From: Deltaproteobacteria bacterium GWB2_55_19 | GTDB taxonomy: Bacteria > Desulfobacterota > GWC2-55-46 | Direction of reading: 5' to 3' | Assembly (NCBI GenBank): GCA_001797465.1 | Contig: MGPQ01000014.1 | Span: 801-64,800, forward strand | DNA: 64,000 nucleotides | Shown: one piece after another, positions 45,190-54,339 of the stretch | How the letters are laid out: every line of letters begins with the position of its first letter | Position numbering within the stretch: the stretch's first letter is position 1 | The notes under the pieces: model-generated | Databases searched by the model: none | Told to the model about the DNA's origin: nothing | Seen by the model: only the letters and a program-made list of their open reading frames with translations | Program-made: the position numbers and the translations under genes

Positions 45190-46227
45190 CTAAAGGTAAA
45201 GCCTCATGAGGCCGGTTGCGAGCACGTTAACGAGCGAGAGCGGCAAAAGTATCTTCCATCCTATGTTCATCAGCTGGTCGTATCTGTACCTCGGGAGCGT
45301 AAACCTTATCCACATGAACAGGTAGATGAAGAACGCCACCTTGGCCATGAACCAGAATATCGGCGGTATCGGGAGCGGGATGCTGAAGGGCGCGTTCCAC
45401 CCGCCGAAGAAGAGTATCACCGCGAGGACCGATACCGTCACCATGGCTATGTATTCCGCGAGCATGAAGAAGGCGAACTTCATGCCGCTGTACTCGGTGT
45501 GGAAGCCGGCCGCGAGCGTCCCCTCGTCCTCGGGCAGGTCAAAGGGCACTCTGTTTATCTCGGCGGTCGACCCTATCATGAATATGAAGAACCAGACCGG
45601 CCCGACCGGGAGGTACAATATGTTCCAGTGGAGGATGTTCCCGCCCTGCGCCCTCACTATGTCCACGAGGCTTAGGGAGTTGGCGAGCATGACTACGCCT
45701 ATGACCGCGAAGCTCACCGCTATCTCATAGCTTATCATCTGGGCGGACGAGCGGAGGCCGCCGAGGAGCGAGTACTTGCTATTTGAGGCCCACCCGCCGA
45801 GTATCACGCCGTATATGCCGAGCCCGGACATCGCGAGTATGTAAAGTATGCCGACGTTCATGTCCGAGAGATAAAGCGTAAGCTCGTAGTCGAGCCCCGG
45901 TATCAATACCTTCTCTCCGAAGGGTATGGCCGCGAATACGGCAAATGCCGGCACCATCGCGAGGAGCGGCGCGATAACGAAGAGTAACTTGTCCGCCTTG
46001 TACGGGACGATGTCTTCCTTCATGAGGAGCTTGATCATGTCTGCGAACGGCTGAAGGAGTCCGTGCGGGCCGACCCTCCAGGGGCCGAGCCTCACCTGTA
46101 TGTGCCCGGCTATCTTCCTCTCGAGCCAGGTGAGGGGCAACGGCAGGCCGAAGAGGACCATGGCGATGACCCAGGCCTTGACTATTATGAGTATGAATTC
46201 CAGTATGGTGGATGTATCCGGCATCAT
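45190..46227 (-). CDS. nuoH: NADH-quinone oxidoreductase subunit H
   Basis: 345 aa, polytopic. Motifs ERKIAGHIQVRLGP, PFDLPEDEGTLAAGFHTEYSG. Confidence 0.92.
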   Translation of the reverse strand: MMPDTSTILEFILIIVKAWVIAMVLFGLPLPLTWLERKIAGHIQVRLGPWRVGPHGLLQPFADMIKLLMKEDIVPYKADKLLFVIAPLLAMVPAFAVFAAIPFGEKVLIPGLDYELTLYLSDMNVGILYILAMSGLGIYGVILGGWASNSKYSLLGGLRSSAQMISYEIAVSFAVIGVVMLANSLSLVDIVRAQGGNILHWNILYLPVGPVWFFIFMIGSTAEINRVPFDLPEDEGTLAAGFHTEYSGMKFAFFMLAEYIAMVTVSVLAVILFFGGWNAPFSIPLPIPPIFWFMAKVAFFIYLFMWIRFTLPRYRYDQLMNIGWKILLPLSLVNVLATGLMRLYL

Positions 46228-46299
46228 GTTCCCTGGTTTGGTCCCTGTTGCGTCTTGTCTTTCCGTCCTGCCCCGCGTCGCGGCCTCTTTAAGGCCGCG

Positions 46300-46770
46300 C
46301 TACCTTCTCCTGCCCCACATGTAGTTGACCATCTCTATGTAGCGCGAGTTCATGCCGCGCACGATCGCGTGTATGGTAAATACGATGTTCTTCAGTAGCT
46401 TGTATATTATTCTGGGGTTCCCGTCCACGAGGGTCTCGAAGTCCGCCTTCTCCATCATGTAGGTCTCGATGTCGGAGACGGCCACTATCGTCGCCGACCG
46501 GGGCCTGCCGTCAAGGAAGCTCATCTCTCCGAATATGTCCCCGTCCTTCATTATGGTGAGCGTGAAGAGCTCCCCGTCGGGGGCCGTCTTGCAGGCCTTC
46601 ACCTCGCCCTTCTTTATCACATAGATCGACGCCCCGTCCTCGGACTCCTTGAATATCGTGTCTCCGAGCTTGAAGTCCTTCTTTTTCACGACGTTCGCGA
46701 CAATCGTGAGCTCGGTGTCAGAAAGATCCGAGAAGAAAGCGAGCTCCCTCAAAAGCTTGGGGTCTACCAT
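46300..46770 (-). CDS. Stand-alone cyclic-nucleotide-binding domain protein embedded in the nuo operon
   Basis: 156 aa. CAP-effector fold pattern: FKESEDGASIYVIKKGEV...FGEMSFLDGRPRSATIVA (phosphate-binding cassette with Arg-Ser-Ala). No HTH. GGAGGG SD. Confidence 0.8.
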   Translation of the reverse strand: MVDPKLLRELAFFSDLSDTELTIVANVVKKKDFKLGDTIFKESEDGASIYVIKKGEVKACKTAPDGELFTLTIMKDGDIFGEMSFLDGRPRSATIVAVSDIETYMMEKADFETLVDGNPRIIYKLLKNIVFTIHAIVRGMNSRYIEMVNYMWGRRR

Positions 46771-46915
46771 GATCGTCCCTCCGATTTAGGCGGACAAGCC
46801 GCCTCTTCAGTTTCCTTAATGCCGCGTATGCGTCTGAGAGCCGGGCCTGAACGCCTGTCTCTACCCGGGGGCCTCCGTTTTACCCGCCCCCCCCCGCCCC
46901 CCGGCAAGCCGCCGG

Positions 46916-49420
46916 TCATGCCCTCGTTATGCTAACCATCGGCGGGCCTTCGCCGCGCCGGAGGAACCTGTTAACCGGACAGTCCTCGAAGTTCTCGGCG
47001 AGGAAGGCGTGAGCGTTCTTCGAGCCCCTCGCGGTCCTCAAAGTCACGACAGCCGCGTAGTCCTTTGATTTGACCCTTACCCTGTCCCCGTTCTTAAGCC
47101 CGAGTGAGGCCGCGTCCTCCTCGCTTATCTCGACGACAGCCGCTTTGAGGAGCCCGGAGAGGGTTTCAGACCTCATCGTGCCTTTCCCGGAGTGGAAGAG
47201 GTGGTTGCCGGTGATCAACCTGAACGGGTACTCGGCGCTTTCAGCGGAAGGCTTTTGGGCAAACTCCTTAGCCTCAAGATCGGACGCGCCGGCTCCCTGC
47301 ACGAGCGCTTCTTTACTGTCGAGCCTGTTGTCGCTGTTCTTCTTGTTGTTGAAGGCGAGCGACACATTGGAGTACATGCGGTTTCCGGACCGTATCTCGT
47401 CGAGCGCCAGCACGAAGTTCTTGGGGCCGAAGGACGGGTCGAACCTCTCGCCTATCGCCCTTATTATGTCGAGGTCGGGCTTTGCCTTGCCGGGAGGGTG
47501 CATGAGCCTCCTTATTGCCTGGGCCCTGCCCTCCTGGTTCGTGAACGTCCCTTCCTTTTCTCCGAACGCCGCGCCCGGGAGCACGACGTGAGCGAATTTC
47601 GCGGTATCCGTCATGAAGGTGTCCTGGACCACAAGGAACCTGGCTCTTCCGAGGGCGGCCGTCGCAACGCCCTCGTCAGGGTACATGGAGGCGACGTCCG
47701 ACCCGGCTATATAGAGGAAGTCGAGCGCGCCCTTAGAGACCGCCTCAAGCATCTCATCCGTCCCGAGCCCCTTCTGTTTGGCCCTCGCGTAAGCCGGGCC
47801 GAGCGAGGGGTGCACGCCCATCTCCCACGCCCCCCTCTGGTTCGCCCTGTCGAGGAGCGGAAGAACCGATACCTTCTTGCCCGAGGACTTAAGCAGGTCT
47901 TTTAAAAGACCGAGCTTCGCGATCCCCTCCGGGAATCGCAGGAAGTCCGTACCGGCCATTATGGCGACGGACCCGGACGACTTAAGCTTCCTTGCGAGCG
48001 ACTCAACGGCCTCTCCGTCCACGCCGGCCTCGGACGTAACGGAGGCGAGCCTTCCGGACGCCATGTCCTCAAGCCCTCCCGTACCGGCGACCCTCGCCGA
48101 GTTGAAAGAGAGTATGACGGACTCAAGCAGAGCGCCGGCTTTCCCCGCCGTATGCCTTATCTTCAAGTTGGCCGAGCTGTCGAGCTTCATGGCGCGGGGC
48201 GAGGCTATGACGAGGTTCATCCTCCTGCCTGCGCTTATCCGCCTTATTATATAATCCGTTACCGGGTTCTCATCCGACACTTGTGAGCCGATGACGATTA
48301 CGGTCTCGGACTCCATGCAGTCGAAGACCGATACGCCGCCTGCGTCCATCGAGGCGGCCTTGATGAACGCTTCGACCGCGTCTGGGTCCCATCTCGCGCT
48401 CGAATCTATATTGGCGCTCCCGAATACGTTCCGGAAGAGCTTCTGAAAGAGGTATAGTTCTTCGTTCGTCAGCCTCGGAGAGGCGATACCTCCGATCCTC
48501 TCGCCGTCGGACGGGACGTTATCCTTTATGACGGCGAGCGCCTCCTGCCATGAGGCGGGCTCGAGCTTCCCGAACCTTCTTACGAGCGGGGTTTTGAGCC
48601 TCTCGGCGCGCGTCATGGAATCATTGCCGAACCTTCCGCGCGCGCAGAGCGTTTCGCTGTTCAGCCCCACCCCGAACTGGGCCTTCGACCTTATGAGTAC
48701 GCCGTCCCTCTCCTCGATAACCATCCTGCAGCCCGTGGCGCACCACTGGCAGATGGTGTCCGCCCCTTTAAGGTCCCAGGGCCGGGTCTTGTACCTGTAC
48801 GGGAGCCTCATGAAACACCCGACCGGGCAGACCTCTATGCAGTTGCCGTCCTGGTCGCAGTCGAGGAAGTGCCTGAAAAAACTCGTCTCCTCCTGGTGGT
48901 CGCCCCTGCCGAGCGCGCCCAAAACGTTGGCGCCGACGACCTCCCTGCAGACGCGGACGCACTTCAGGCACTGGACGCACCTGTTCGAGTTCTTTATTAT
49001 GACGGGGCTTAGGGCGTAGTCCTTTTCCTGGAACTTGAACTTGGGTTCGGCGTGCCTGCCCTTGTGCGGGCCGTACTTGTAGACCATGTCCTGGAGCTCG
49101 CACTCGCCGCCCTTGTCGCACACAGGGCAGTCGAGGGCGTGGTTGGCAAGGAGAAATTCGAGCATCGAGGCGCGCGCGGACATTACCGTCGGCGTCTCGG
49201 TGTTTATGGCCATACCGTGGAGGACGGGCGTCACGCACGAGGGCTGGAGCTTCCTCTGCCCCTCTATCTCGACGAGGCACATCCTGCAGGAACCAATGCC
49301 GACGAGGTCCGCCTGGTAACAGAAGGTCGGTATCTCGTATCCGGCGTGCCGCGCCGCGTCGAGGATGAGCGTATTATCCTCTACCGTTATCTCTTTTCCG
49401 TTTATCTTTACCGTTACCAT
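46916..49420 (-). CDS. nuoG: NADH-quinone oxidoreductase subunit G
   Basis: N-terminal 2Fe-2S/4Fe-4S Cys clusters (CYQADLVGIGSCRMCLVEI, HALDCPVCDKGGECELQ, CVQCLKCVRVC) plus a molybdopterin-oxidoreductase-like C-terminal domain. Confidence 0.92.
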   Translation of the reverse strand: MVTVKINGKEITVEDNTLILDAARHAGYEIPTFCYQADLVGIGSCRMCLVEIEGQRKLQPSCVTPVLHGMAINTETPTVMSARASMLEFLLANHALDCPVCDKGGECELQDMVYKYGPHKGRHAEPKFKFQEKDYALSPVIIKNSNRCVQCLKCVRVCREVVGANVLGALGRGDHQEETSFFRHFLDCDQDGNCIEVCPVGCFMRLPYRYKTRPWDLKGADTICQWCATGCRMVIEERDGVLIRSKAQFGVGLNSETLCARGRFGNDSMTRAERLKTPLVRRFGKLEPASWQEALAVIKDNVPSDGERIGGIASPRLTNEELYLFQKLFRNVFGSANIDSSARWDPDAVEAFIKAASMDAGGVSVFDCMESETVIVIGSQVSDENPVTDYIIRRISAGRRMNLVIASPRAMKLDSSANLKIRHTAGKAGALLESVILSFNSARVAGTGGLEDMASGRLASVTSEAGVDGEAVESLARKLKSSGSVAIMAGTDFLRFPEGIAKLGLLKDLLKSSGKKVSVLPLLDRANQRGAWEMGVHPSLGPAYARAKQKGLGTDEMLEAVSKGALDFLYIAGSDVASMYPDEGVATAALGRARFLVVQDTFMTDTAKFAHVVLPGAAFGEKEGTFTNQEGRAQAIRRLMHPPGKAKPDLDIIRAIGERFDPSFGPKNFVLALDEIRSGNRMYSNVSLAFNNKKNSDNRLDSKEALVQGAGASDLEAKEFAQKPSAESAEYPFRLITGNHLFHSGKGTMRSETLSGLLKAAVVEISEEDAASLGLKNGDRVRVKSKDYAAVVTLRTARGSKNAHAFLAENFEDCPVNRFLRRGEGPPMVSITRA

Positions 49421-49430
49421 TTATCCCTGC

Positions 49431-50690
49431 TTACGACGCCATGCACCGTTTGTGGTCTATGTGGAACTGGAACTCTTCCCTGAAGTTCTTAAGGTGCCCC
49501 CGGAGGGCCATCACCGCGCCGTCGCCGAGCGGACAGAAGGTCCTGCCGAAGATGTTCGTACAGAGGCTCTCAAGCAACTCTATGTCGCCGGGGTTCCCCT
49601 CGCCGTGCTCTATCCTCTTTAATACCCTTGTAAGCCAGGGCGTGCCGTCCCTGCACGGGGTGCATTTGCCGCACGACTCGTGGCTGAAAAACCTGTTTAT
49701 TATGTAAGCCGACTTTACCATGCAGGCCGACTCGTCCATAACGATGACCGCGCCCGAGCCCAACATCGACCCCTTTGCGGCAAGGGAATCGAAGTCGAGC
49801 GGCGTGTCCAGCTCCCTCGCCGTCAGGAGCGGCGCGCTGACGCCTCCCGGTATCACGGCCTTCAACGGCCTCCCTGTCAGCATTCCTCCGCAGTGGTTGA
49901 ATATCAAATCCCTTACGGTCGTTCCCATCGGGAGCTCGTAGAGACCGGGCTTCTTAACGTGCCCGCTCACGCAGAACACCTTGGGCCCCGGGCTTTTCTC
50001 TGTCCCGATCTTCGAAAACCACTCCGGCCCCTTCTCGATAATCGCCGGAATGCAGGCGAGCGTCTCGACGTTGTTTATGACGGTAGGTTTCCCGTAGAGC
50101 CCGGCTAAGGCCGGGAACGGCGGCTTCTTCCTCGGTTGCGCGCGGAGGCCCTCGATGGATTCGAGAAGCGCCGTCTCCTCGCCGCAGATGTATGCCCCGA
50201 AGCCCTTGTGAACGTATATGTCGAGCGAAAAGTTCGACCCGAACATGTTCTTCCCCAGATACCCCTTGGCGTAGGCCTCGTCTATCGCGGCATCGAGCCT
50301 CCTGGCCCCGAAGTCGAACTCGCCCCTTATGTAAATGTAGGCGACGGACGCGCCTATCGCGTAGCTCGTTATCATCATGCCTTCGAGGAGGAGGTGCGGG
50401 TCGTTGTCCATTATCCCCCTGTCCTTGAAGGTCCCGGGCTCTCCCTCGTCGGCGTTACAGCAGAGGTACTTCTGAATGGTGGGGTCCTTGGGTATGAAGG
50501 ACCACTTGAGGCCCGTTGAGAAGCCCGCGCCCCCGCGGCCGCGCAACCCCGAGTCCTTGACCATCTGGACGATGTTATCCGGCCTCATTTTCAAGGCCGA
50601 CTGTATGGCCTTGTACCCGCCGCTGGCCGCATAGTTCTCCAGCTTGTGCGAATCGGGCTTGCCCAGGTTTTTAAGTATTATCTGTTCCAT
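49431..50690 (-). CDS. nuoF: NADH-quinone oxidoreductase subunit F
   Basis: GRGGAGFSTGLKW (FMN site), GFGAYICGEETALLESIEG, and SCGKCTPCRDG (N3 cluster). Confidence 0.95.
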   Translation of the reverse strand: MEQIILKNLGKPDSHKLENYAASGGYKAIQSALKMRPDNIVQMVKDSGLRGRGGAGFSTGLKWSFIPKDPTIQKYLCCNADEGEPGTFKDRGIMDNDPHLLLEGMMITSYAIGASVAYIYIRGEFDFGARRLDAAIDEAYAKGYLGKNMFGSNFSLDIYVHKGFGAYICGEETALLESIEGLRAQPRKKPPFPALAGLYGKPTVINNVETLACIPAIIEKGPEWFSKIGTEKSPGPKVFCVSGHVKKPGLYELPMGTTVRDLIFNHCGGMLTGRPLKAVIPGGVSAPLLTARELDTPLDFDSLAAKGSMLGSGAVIVMDESACMVKSAYIINRFFSHESCGKCTPCRDGTPWLTRVLKRIEHGEGNPGDIELLESLCTNIFGRTFCPLGDGAVMALRGHLKNFREEFQFHIDHKRCMAS

Positions 50691-50708
50691 TCCGTCTTTG
50701 CTCTACGG

Positions 50709-51179
50709 TTATTTAAGGCCCTTTAATATCTCGTCGACCTTCGCCTCTGTCAGGTTCTCGTGAAAATCGTCGTTTATCTGCATCATCGGCGCGGTCCCGC
50801 AGGAGCCGAGACACTCGACCGTCGAGAGCGTAATCCTCTTGTCAGGCGTCGTCTCGCCTGTCTTGATGTTGAGCGTCCGCTCCATGTGCTTTATGAGGTG
50901 CTCGGCGCCCAGGAGCGAGCACGAGATGTTCCTGCATACCTGTATATGGTGCCTGCCCACGGGCTTATCGATATTGTACATCGTATAAAAGGCCGCGGCG
51001 GCGTTGACCTCGACGGATTGCATCTCGAGGATAACGGCTATCTCGTCCATGTCGGCCTTCTCGAGGTGCCCCCCGCGCGCCTTCTGTGCGGAACGGAGCG
51101 CGTCCATCACAGCGGAGCGTTTGTTCGGGTACTTCCTGAGGGCCTTCTCTATCTCTTTTTTCGCTTCTTCTGAAAGCAT
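50709..51179 (-). CDS. nuoE: NADH-quinone oxidoreductase subunit E
   Basis: Thioredoxin-like 2Fe-2S protein: VCRNISCSL...CLGSCGTAPMMQIN. Confidence 0.92.
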   Translation of the reverse strand: MLSEEAKKEIEKALRKYPNKRSAVMDALRSAQKARGGHLEKADMDEIAVILEMQSVEVNAAAAFYTMYNIDKPVGRHHIQVCRNISCSLLGAEHLIKHMERTLNIKTGETTPDKRITLSTVECLGSCGTAPMMQINDDFHENLTEAKVDEILKGLK

Positions 51180-51206
51180 GGCCTTGCCCTTATTTATTAT
51201 TCCTTA

Positions 51207-52397
51207 TTACTTGTCGCACTCGCCGAAGACCGGGTCGAGGCTCGATACTATCGCGACGACGTCGGCCAGGTATCTCCCCTTCGACATGTGGTTTATGGTC
51301 TGGAGGTTGTGGAACGACGGCACGCGGAGCTTCAACCTGTATGGCTTTTCAGACCCGTCGCTCACTATATATACCCCGAGCTCGCCCTTCGGCGCCTCTA
51401 TGGCGGAGTAGACCTCGCCCTTCGGGGCCTTGAACCCCTGCGAGACGTATTTGAAGTGGTGAATGAGGTTTTCCATGTTCTTATAGACGTCGGGCTTGGG
51501 CGGAGGCACGAGCCCCGGCATGTCCACGTTGAACGGGCCTTCGGGGAGGTCCCTCAAGGCCTGTTTTATTATCCTCATCGACTGCTTTATCTCCTCGAAC
51601 CTGACGTTATACCTGTCGAGGCAGTCGCCGTTCTCTCCCAAAGGCGTATCGAAGTCGAACCTGTCGTAGACGAGATACGGCTCGTCCTTCCTTATGTCCC
51701 ACTTGACGCCGCTTGCGCGTAGCGCCGGCCCGCTGAGGCCCAAGGCGATAGCGTCCTCGCCGGTAATAACGCCGACGCCCCTGTTCCTCTGTATCCATAT
51801 CCTGTTGCCGAGGAGTATCTTCTCGTACTCGTCCATCCTCTTCGGGAGGAGTTCGAGGAGCCTCTTGATCGACTCCTTGATGGAATCCGTGAAGTCGTAC
51901 CTTACGCCGCCGACGCGAAGATAGCTGAGCGTCATCCTCGCGCCGCAAATCTCCTCGAATATGTCGAGGACTATCTCCCGTTCCCTCATCGCGTACAGGA
52001 GTATGGTCATGGCGCCGAGATCGAGCGCCCACGCCCCGAGCGCGAGCAGGTGTCCCGCGATCCTCGATAGCTCGGCTGAGATGACCCTTATGTATTTGGC
52101 CCGTTCGGTTATCTCTATGCCGAGGAGTTTTTCAACCGCCATCACGTACGCGAGGTTATTGGACATCGCGCACATGTAGTCGAGCCTGTCGGTGTACGGG
52201 ACGAACTGGTGGTATAGGAGGTTCTCGGCTATCTTTTCGGTCCCCCTGTGGAGGTAACCGATATCCGGCTCCACGTTGAGTATCTTTTCGCCCTGGAGGT
52301 CGAGGATGAGGTGAAGGACCCCGTGGGTGGACGGGTGCTGCGGCCCCATGTGCAGGGTCACTTCCCGTGTGGCTATTATCTCTTCGCGTTCCGTCAT
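51207..52397 (-). CDS. nuoD: NADH-quinone oxidoreductase subunit D
   Basis: MGPQHPSTHGVL, HRGTEK, and C-terminal LDPVFGECDK. Confidence 0.95.
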   Translation of the reverse strand: MTEREEIIATREVTLHMGPQHPSTHGVLHLILDLQGEKILNVEPDIGYLHRGTEKIAENLLYHQFVPYTDRLDYMCAMSNNLAYVMAVEKLLGIEITERAKYIRVISAELSRIAGHLLALGAWALDLGAMTILLYAMREREIVLDIFEEICGARMTLSYLRVGGVRYDFTDSIKESIKRLLELLPKRMDEYEKILLGNRIWIQRNRGVGVITGEDAIALGLSGPALRASGVKWDIRKDEPYLVYDRFDFDTPLGENGDCLDRYNVRFEEIKQSMRIIKQALRDLPEGPFNVDMPGLVPPPKPDVYKNMENLIHHFKYVSQGFKAPKGEVYSAIEAPKGELGVYIVSDGSEKPYRLKLRVPSFHNLQTINHMSKGRYLADVVAIVSSLDPVFGECDK

Positions 52398-52504
52398 TTT
52401 AGAATATCAATCTATGTTTTATCGAGAACAATCTGTTTGGGGCTCCAATACTCCGCCCCTCTTTAAACGCCCGCTAAAGGCGGACCCTTAATCTTAATTT
52501 TGTT

Positions 52505-52622
52505 CAGGCTGCTCAAAAAGCTCCAGATGCGAGGCATCGGGGAGCGAGGCGTACTGCTTTACGTACGCCGCAACGACGAGCTTTGAGGCCGACAAAGCAG
52601 ATGGACTTTTTCAGCAGGCCTG
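52505..52622. repeat. Long imperfect palindromic repeat, copy B, between nuoC and nuoD
   Basis: Sequence CAGGCTGCTCAAAAAGCTCCAGATGCGAGGCATCGGGGAGCGAGGCGTAC-tgctttac-GTACGCCGCAACGACGAGC..GACAAAGCAGATGGACTTTTTCAGCAGGCCTG. The outer arms are largely complementary. It starts 1 nt after the nuoC stop. Confidence 0.8.
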
Positions 52623-53135
52623 TTAAATTTCCTCCGGCTTCTCCTCGCCGTAGGGGTTATACCTGTCCTTGTACCCCCGGAGCGGATAGTCCTTCCGGAG
52701 CGGATGCCCCACCCAGTCGTGGGCAAGATAAATCCTCTTCATGTTCGGGTGTCCCTCGAAGACTATCCCGAACATGTCGTATACCTCGCGCTCTGGCCAG
52801 TCAGCTCCGGGCCAGAGGTGCGTCACAGACGGGACCGCTTCATTCTCGGCGACCCTGACCTTTACCCTTATACGGTGTTTTCTCTGTATGGAATAGAAGT
52901 GATAGACGACCTCGAACCTCGGGGTCTCCCTGAAGTAATCGACGCCGAGGACGTCGCAGAGGAAGTTCATCCTGAGGTCAGGGTCGGTCTTCAGGAAGTT
53001 GCAGACCGCGCGGAGCGACTTTATGTCGACGAGGTGCGTGACCTCGCCCTTGTAGACGGTCGTCTCGATGATGTCGTGCCTGAAGTTGTCCTTGACCTTC
53101 TTTATGAGGAGGTCTTCGGTTATGGCATGCTTCAT
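52623..53135 (-). CDS. nuoC: NADH-quinone oxidoreductase subunit C
   Basis: 170 aa. Motifs ..FEVVYHFYS.. and [18 protein letters not shown]. Confidence 0.92.
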   Translation of the reverse strand: MKHAITEDLLIKKVKDNFRHDIIETTVYKGEVTHLVDIKSLRAVCNFLKTDPDLRMNFLCDVLGVDYFRETPRFEVVYHFYSIQRKHRIRVKVRVAENEAVPSVTHLWPGADWPEREVYDMFGIVFEGHPNMKRIYLAHDWVGHPLRKDYPLRGYKDRYNPYGEEKPEEI

Positions 53136-53692
53136 AACGAGATATTCCTCTCCTCAAGTATGAAGGGGTTTTCCTTCTTTATCTTCTCCATGAGCTGGAG
53201 AAAGCCGAAAAGGAGCGCGTCCGGCCTCGGCGGGCAACCGGGGATGTAAACGTCCACCGGGACGACGAGGTCGGTCCCCTGGACGACGGCGTAGGTGTTG
53301 TACGGCCCCCCGGCGGAGGCGCACCCGCCCTGGGCTATGACCCACCTCGGCTCCGGCATCTGGTCGTAGAGCTTCTTTACAGCCGGGGCTATCTTCTTTG
53401 TCATGGTGCCGGCGACGACCATAACGTCAGACTGCCGGGGAGACGGCCTGAATACAATGCCCAGGCGGTCGGTGTCGTAGCGCGAGCACCCGGCCGCTAT
53501 CATCTCGATCGCGCAACAGGCGAGCCCGAAGGTCATCGGCCAGAGGGCGGAGGAGCGCCCCCAGTTGACGACGTCGCCTACGACAGCGTTGTGCTTCACC
53601 GTCTTGACGAGCGGGTTGTTCCTTATGACGTCCGCTATGGACTCGAGGGTCGTGAAGAGTAGCGATTCCTCGAGCGGGTTTCTTTCGTCCAT
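53132..53692 (-). CDS. nuoB: NADH-quinone oxidoreductase subunit B
   Basis: [16 protein letters not shown] and SPRQSD motifs (N2 cluster ligands). Confidence 0.95.
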   Translation of the reverse strand: MDERNPLEESLLFTTLESIADVIRNNPLVKTVKHNAVVGDVVNWGRSSALWPMTFGLACCAIEMIAAGCSRYDTDRLGIVFRPSPRQSDVMVVAGTMTKKIAPAVKKLYDQMPEPRWVIAQGGCASAGGPYNTYAVVQGTDLVVPVDVYIPGCPPRPDALLFGFLQLMEKIKKENPFILEERNISL

Positions 53693-53754
53693 GAGAGCCT
53701 TGCTTTATATATTAATGTCCTTGTTTTTAAAAATAATACAAATAAAGCGCCGGG

Positions 53755-54120
53755 CTAAACCCATTCGAGCGCGCCCTTTACCCAGGCGTATATGAGCCCG
53801 ACGGCGAGGATAGCGATGAATACGACCATCTCAACAAAAATGAACGCGGATAGGGCCTTTTCGGAGAGTATCACGGCCCAGGGAAAAAGGAAGAGTGTTT
53901 CGACGTCGAAGACGATGAAGAGTATGGCGATGATGAAGAAGTGGACCCTGAAGTGGCCCGTGTTCGCGTCCCCCACGGGCTCCATGCCGCACTCCCACGG
54001 GGAAAGTTTTTCCCTGTAGGGGTTGGACGGGCGGAATACGAAGCTCATGAAAAGGGCCCCGATTGCCATGACGGTCGCGATGCCGATCATCACCAGGATA
54101 GGGAGATAAGAGAACAGCAT
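53755..54120 (-). CDS. nuoA: NADH-quinone oxidoreductase subunit A
   Basis: 121 aa, 3 TM. Motifs YECG-like WECGMEP and FDVETLFLFPWA. Confidence 0.92.
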   Translation of the reverse strand: MLFSYLPILVMIGIATVMAIGALFMSFVFRPSNPYREKLSPWECGMEPVGDANTGHFRVHFFIIAILFIVFDVETLFLFPWAVILSEKALSAFIFVEMVVFIAILAVGLIYAWVKGALEWV

Positions 54121-54202
54121 CGTAAGGCCCCTTTGTCGTTTCTACAACGGAGTATTGTAAAAAGTGCTAATTGTTACGATAAGATCGGCCAGGGTAGAGG
54201 GC

Positions 54203-54231
54203 AAGATAAAACAACCACAGGGATTTGTCAA
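54203..54231 (-). promoter_or_regulatory. Putative sigma70 promoter of the nuo operon
   Basis: Minus strand reads TTGACA-17 nt-TATCTT, about 80 nt upstream of the nuoA ATG. Tandem GTATACAG repeats lie just upstream (54241-54255). Confidence 0.45.
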
Positions 54232-54339
54232 GGGGAAAATGTATACAGTATACAGTTCAGGTGAATGGGCGTGCGGGTATGCGCCAAAGAGGGGTGCGTT
54301 GGGCCGTAACTCGCTGTTTTATAATACAATCTATCGTTA

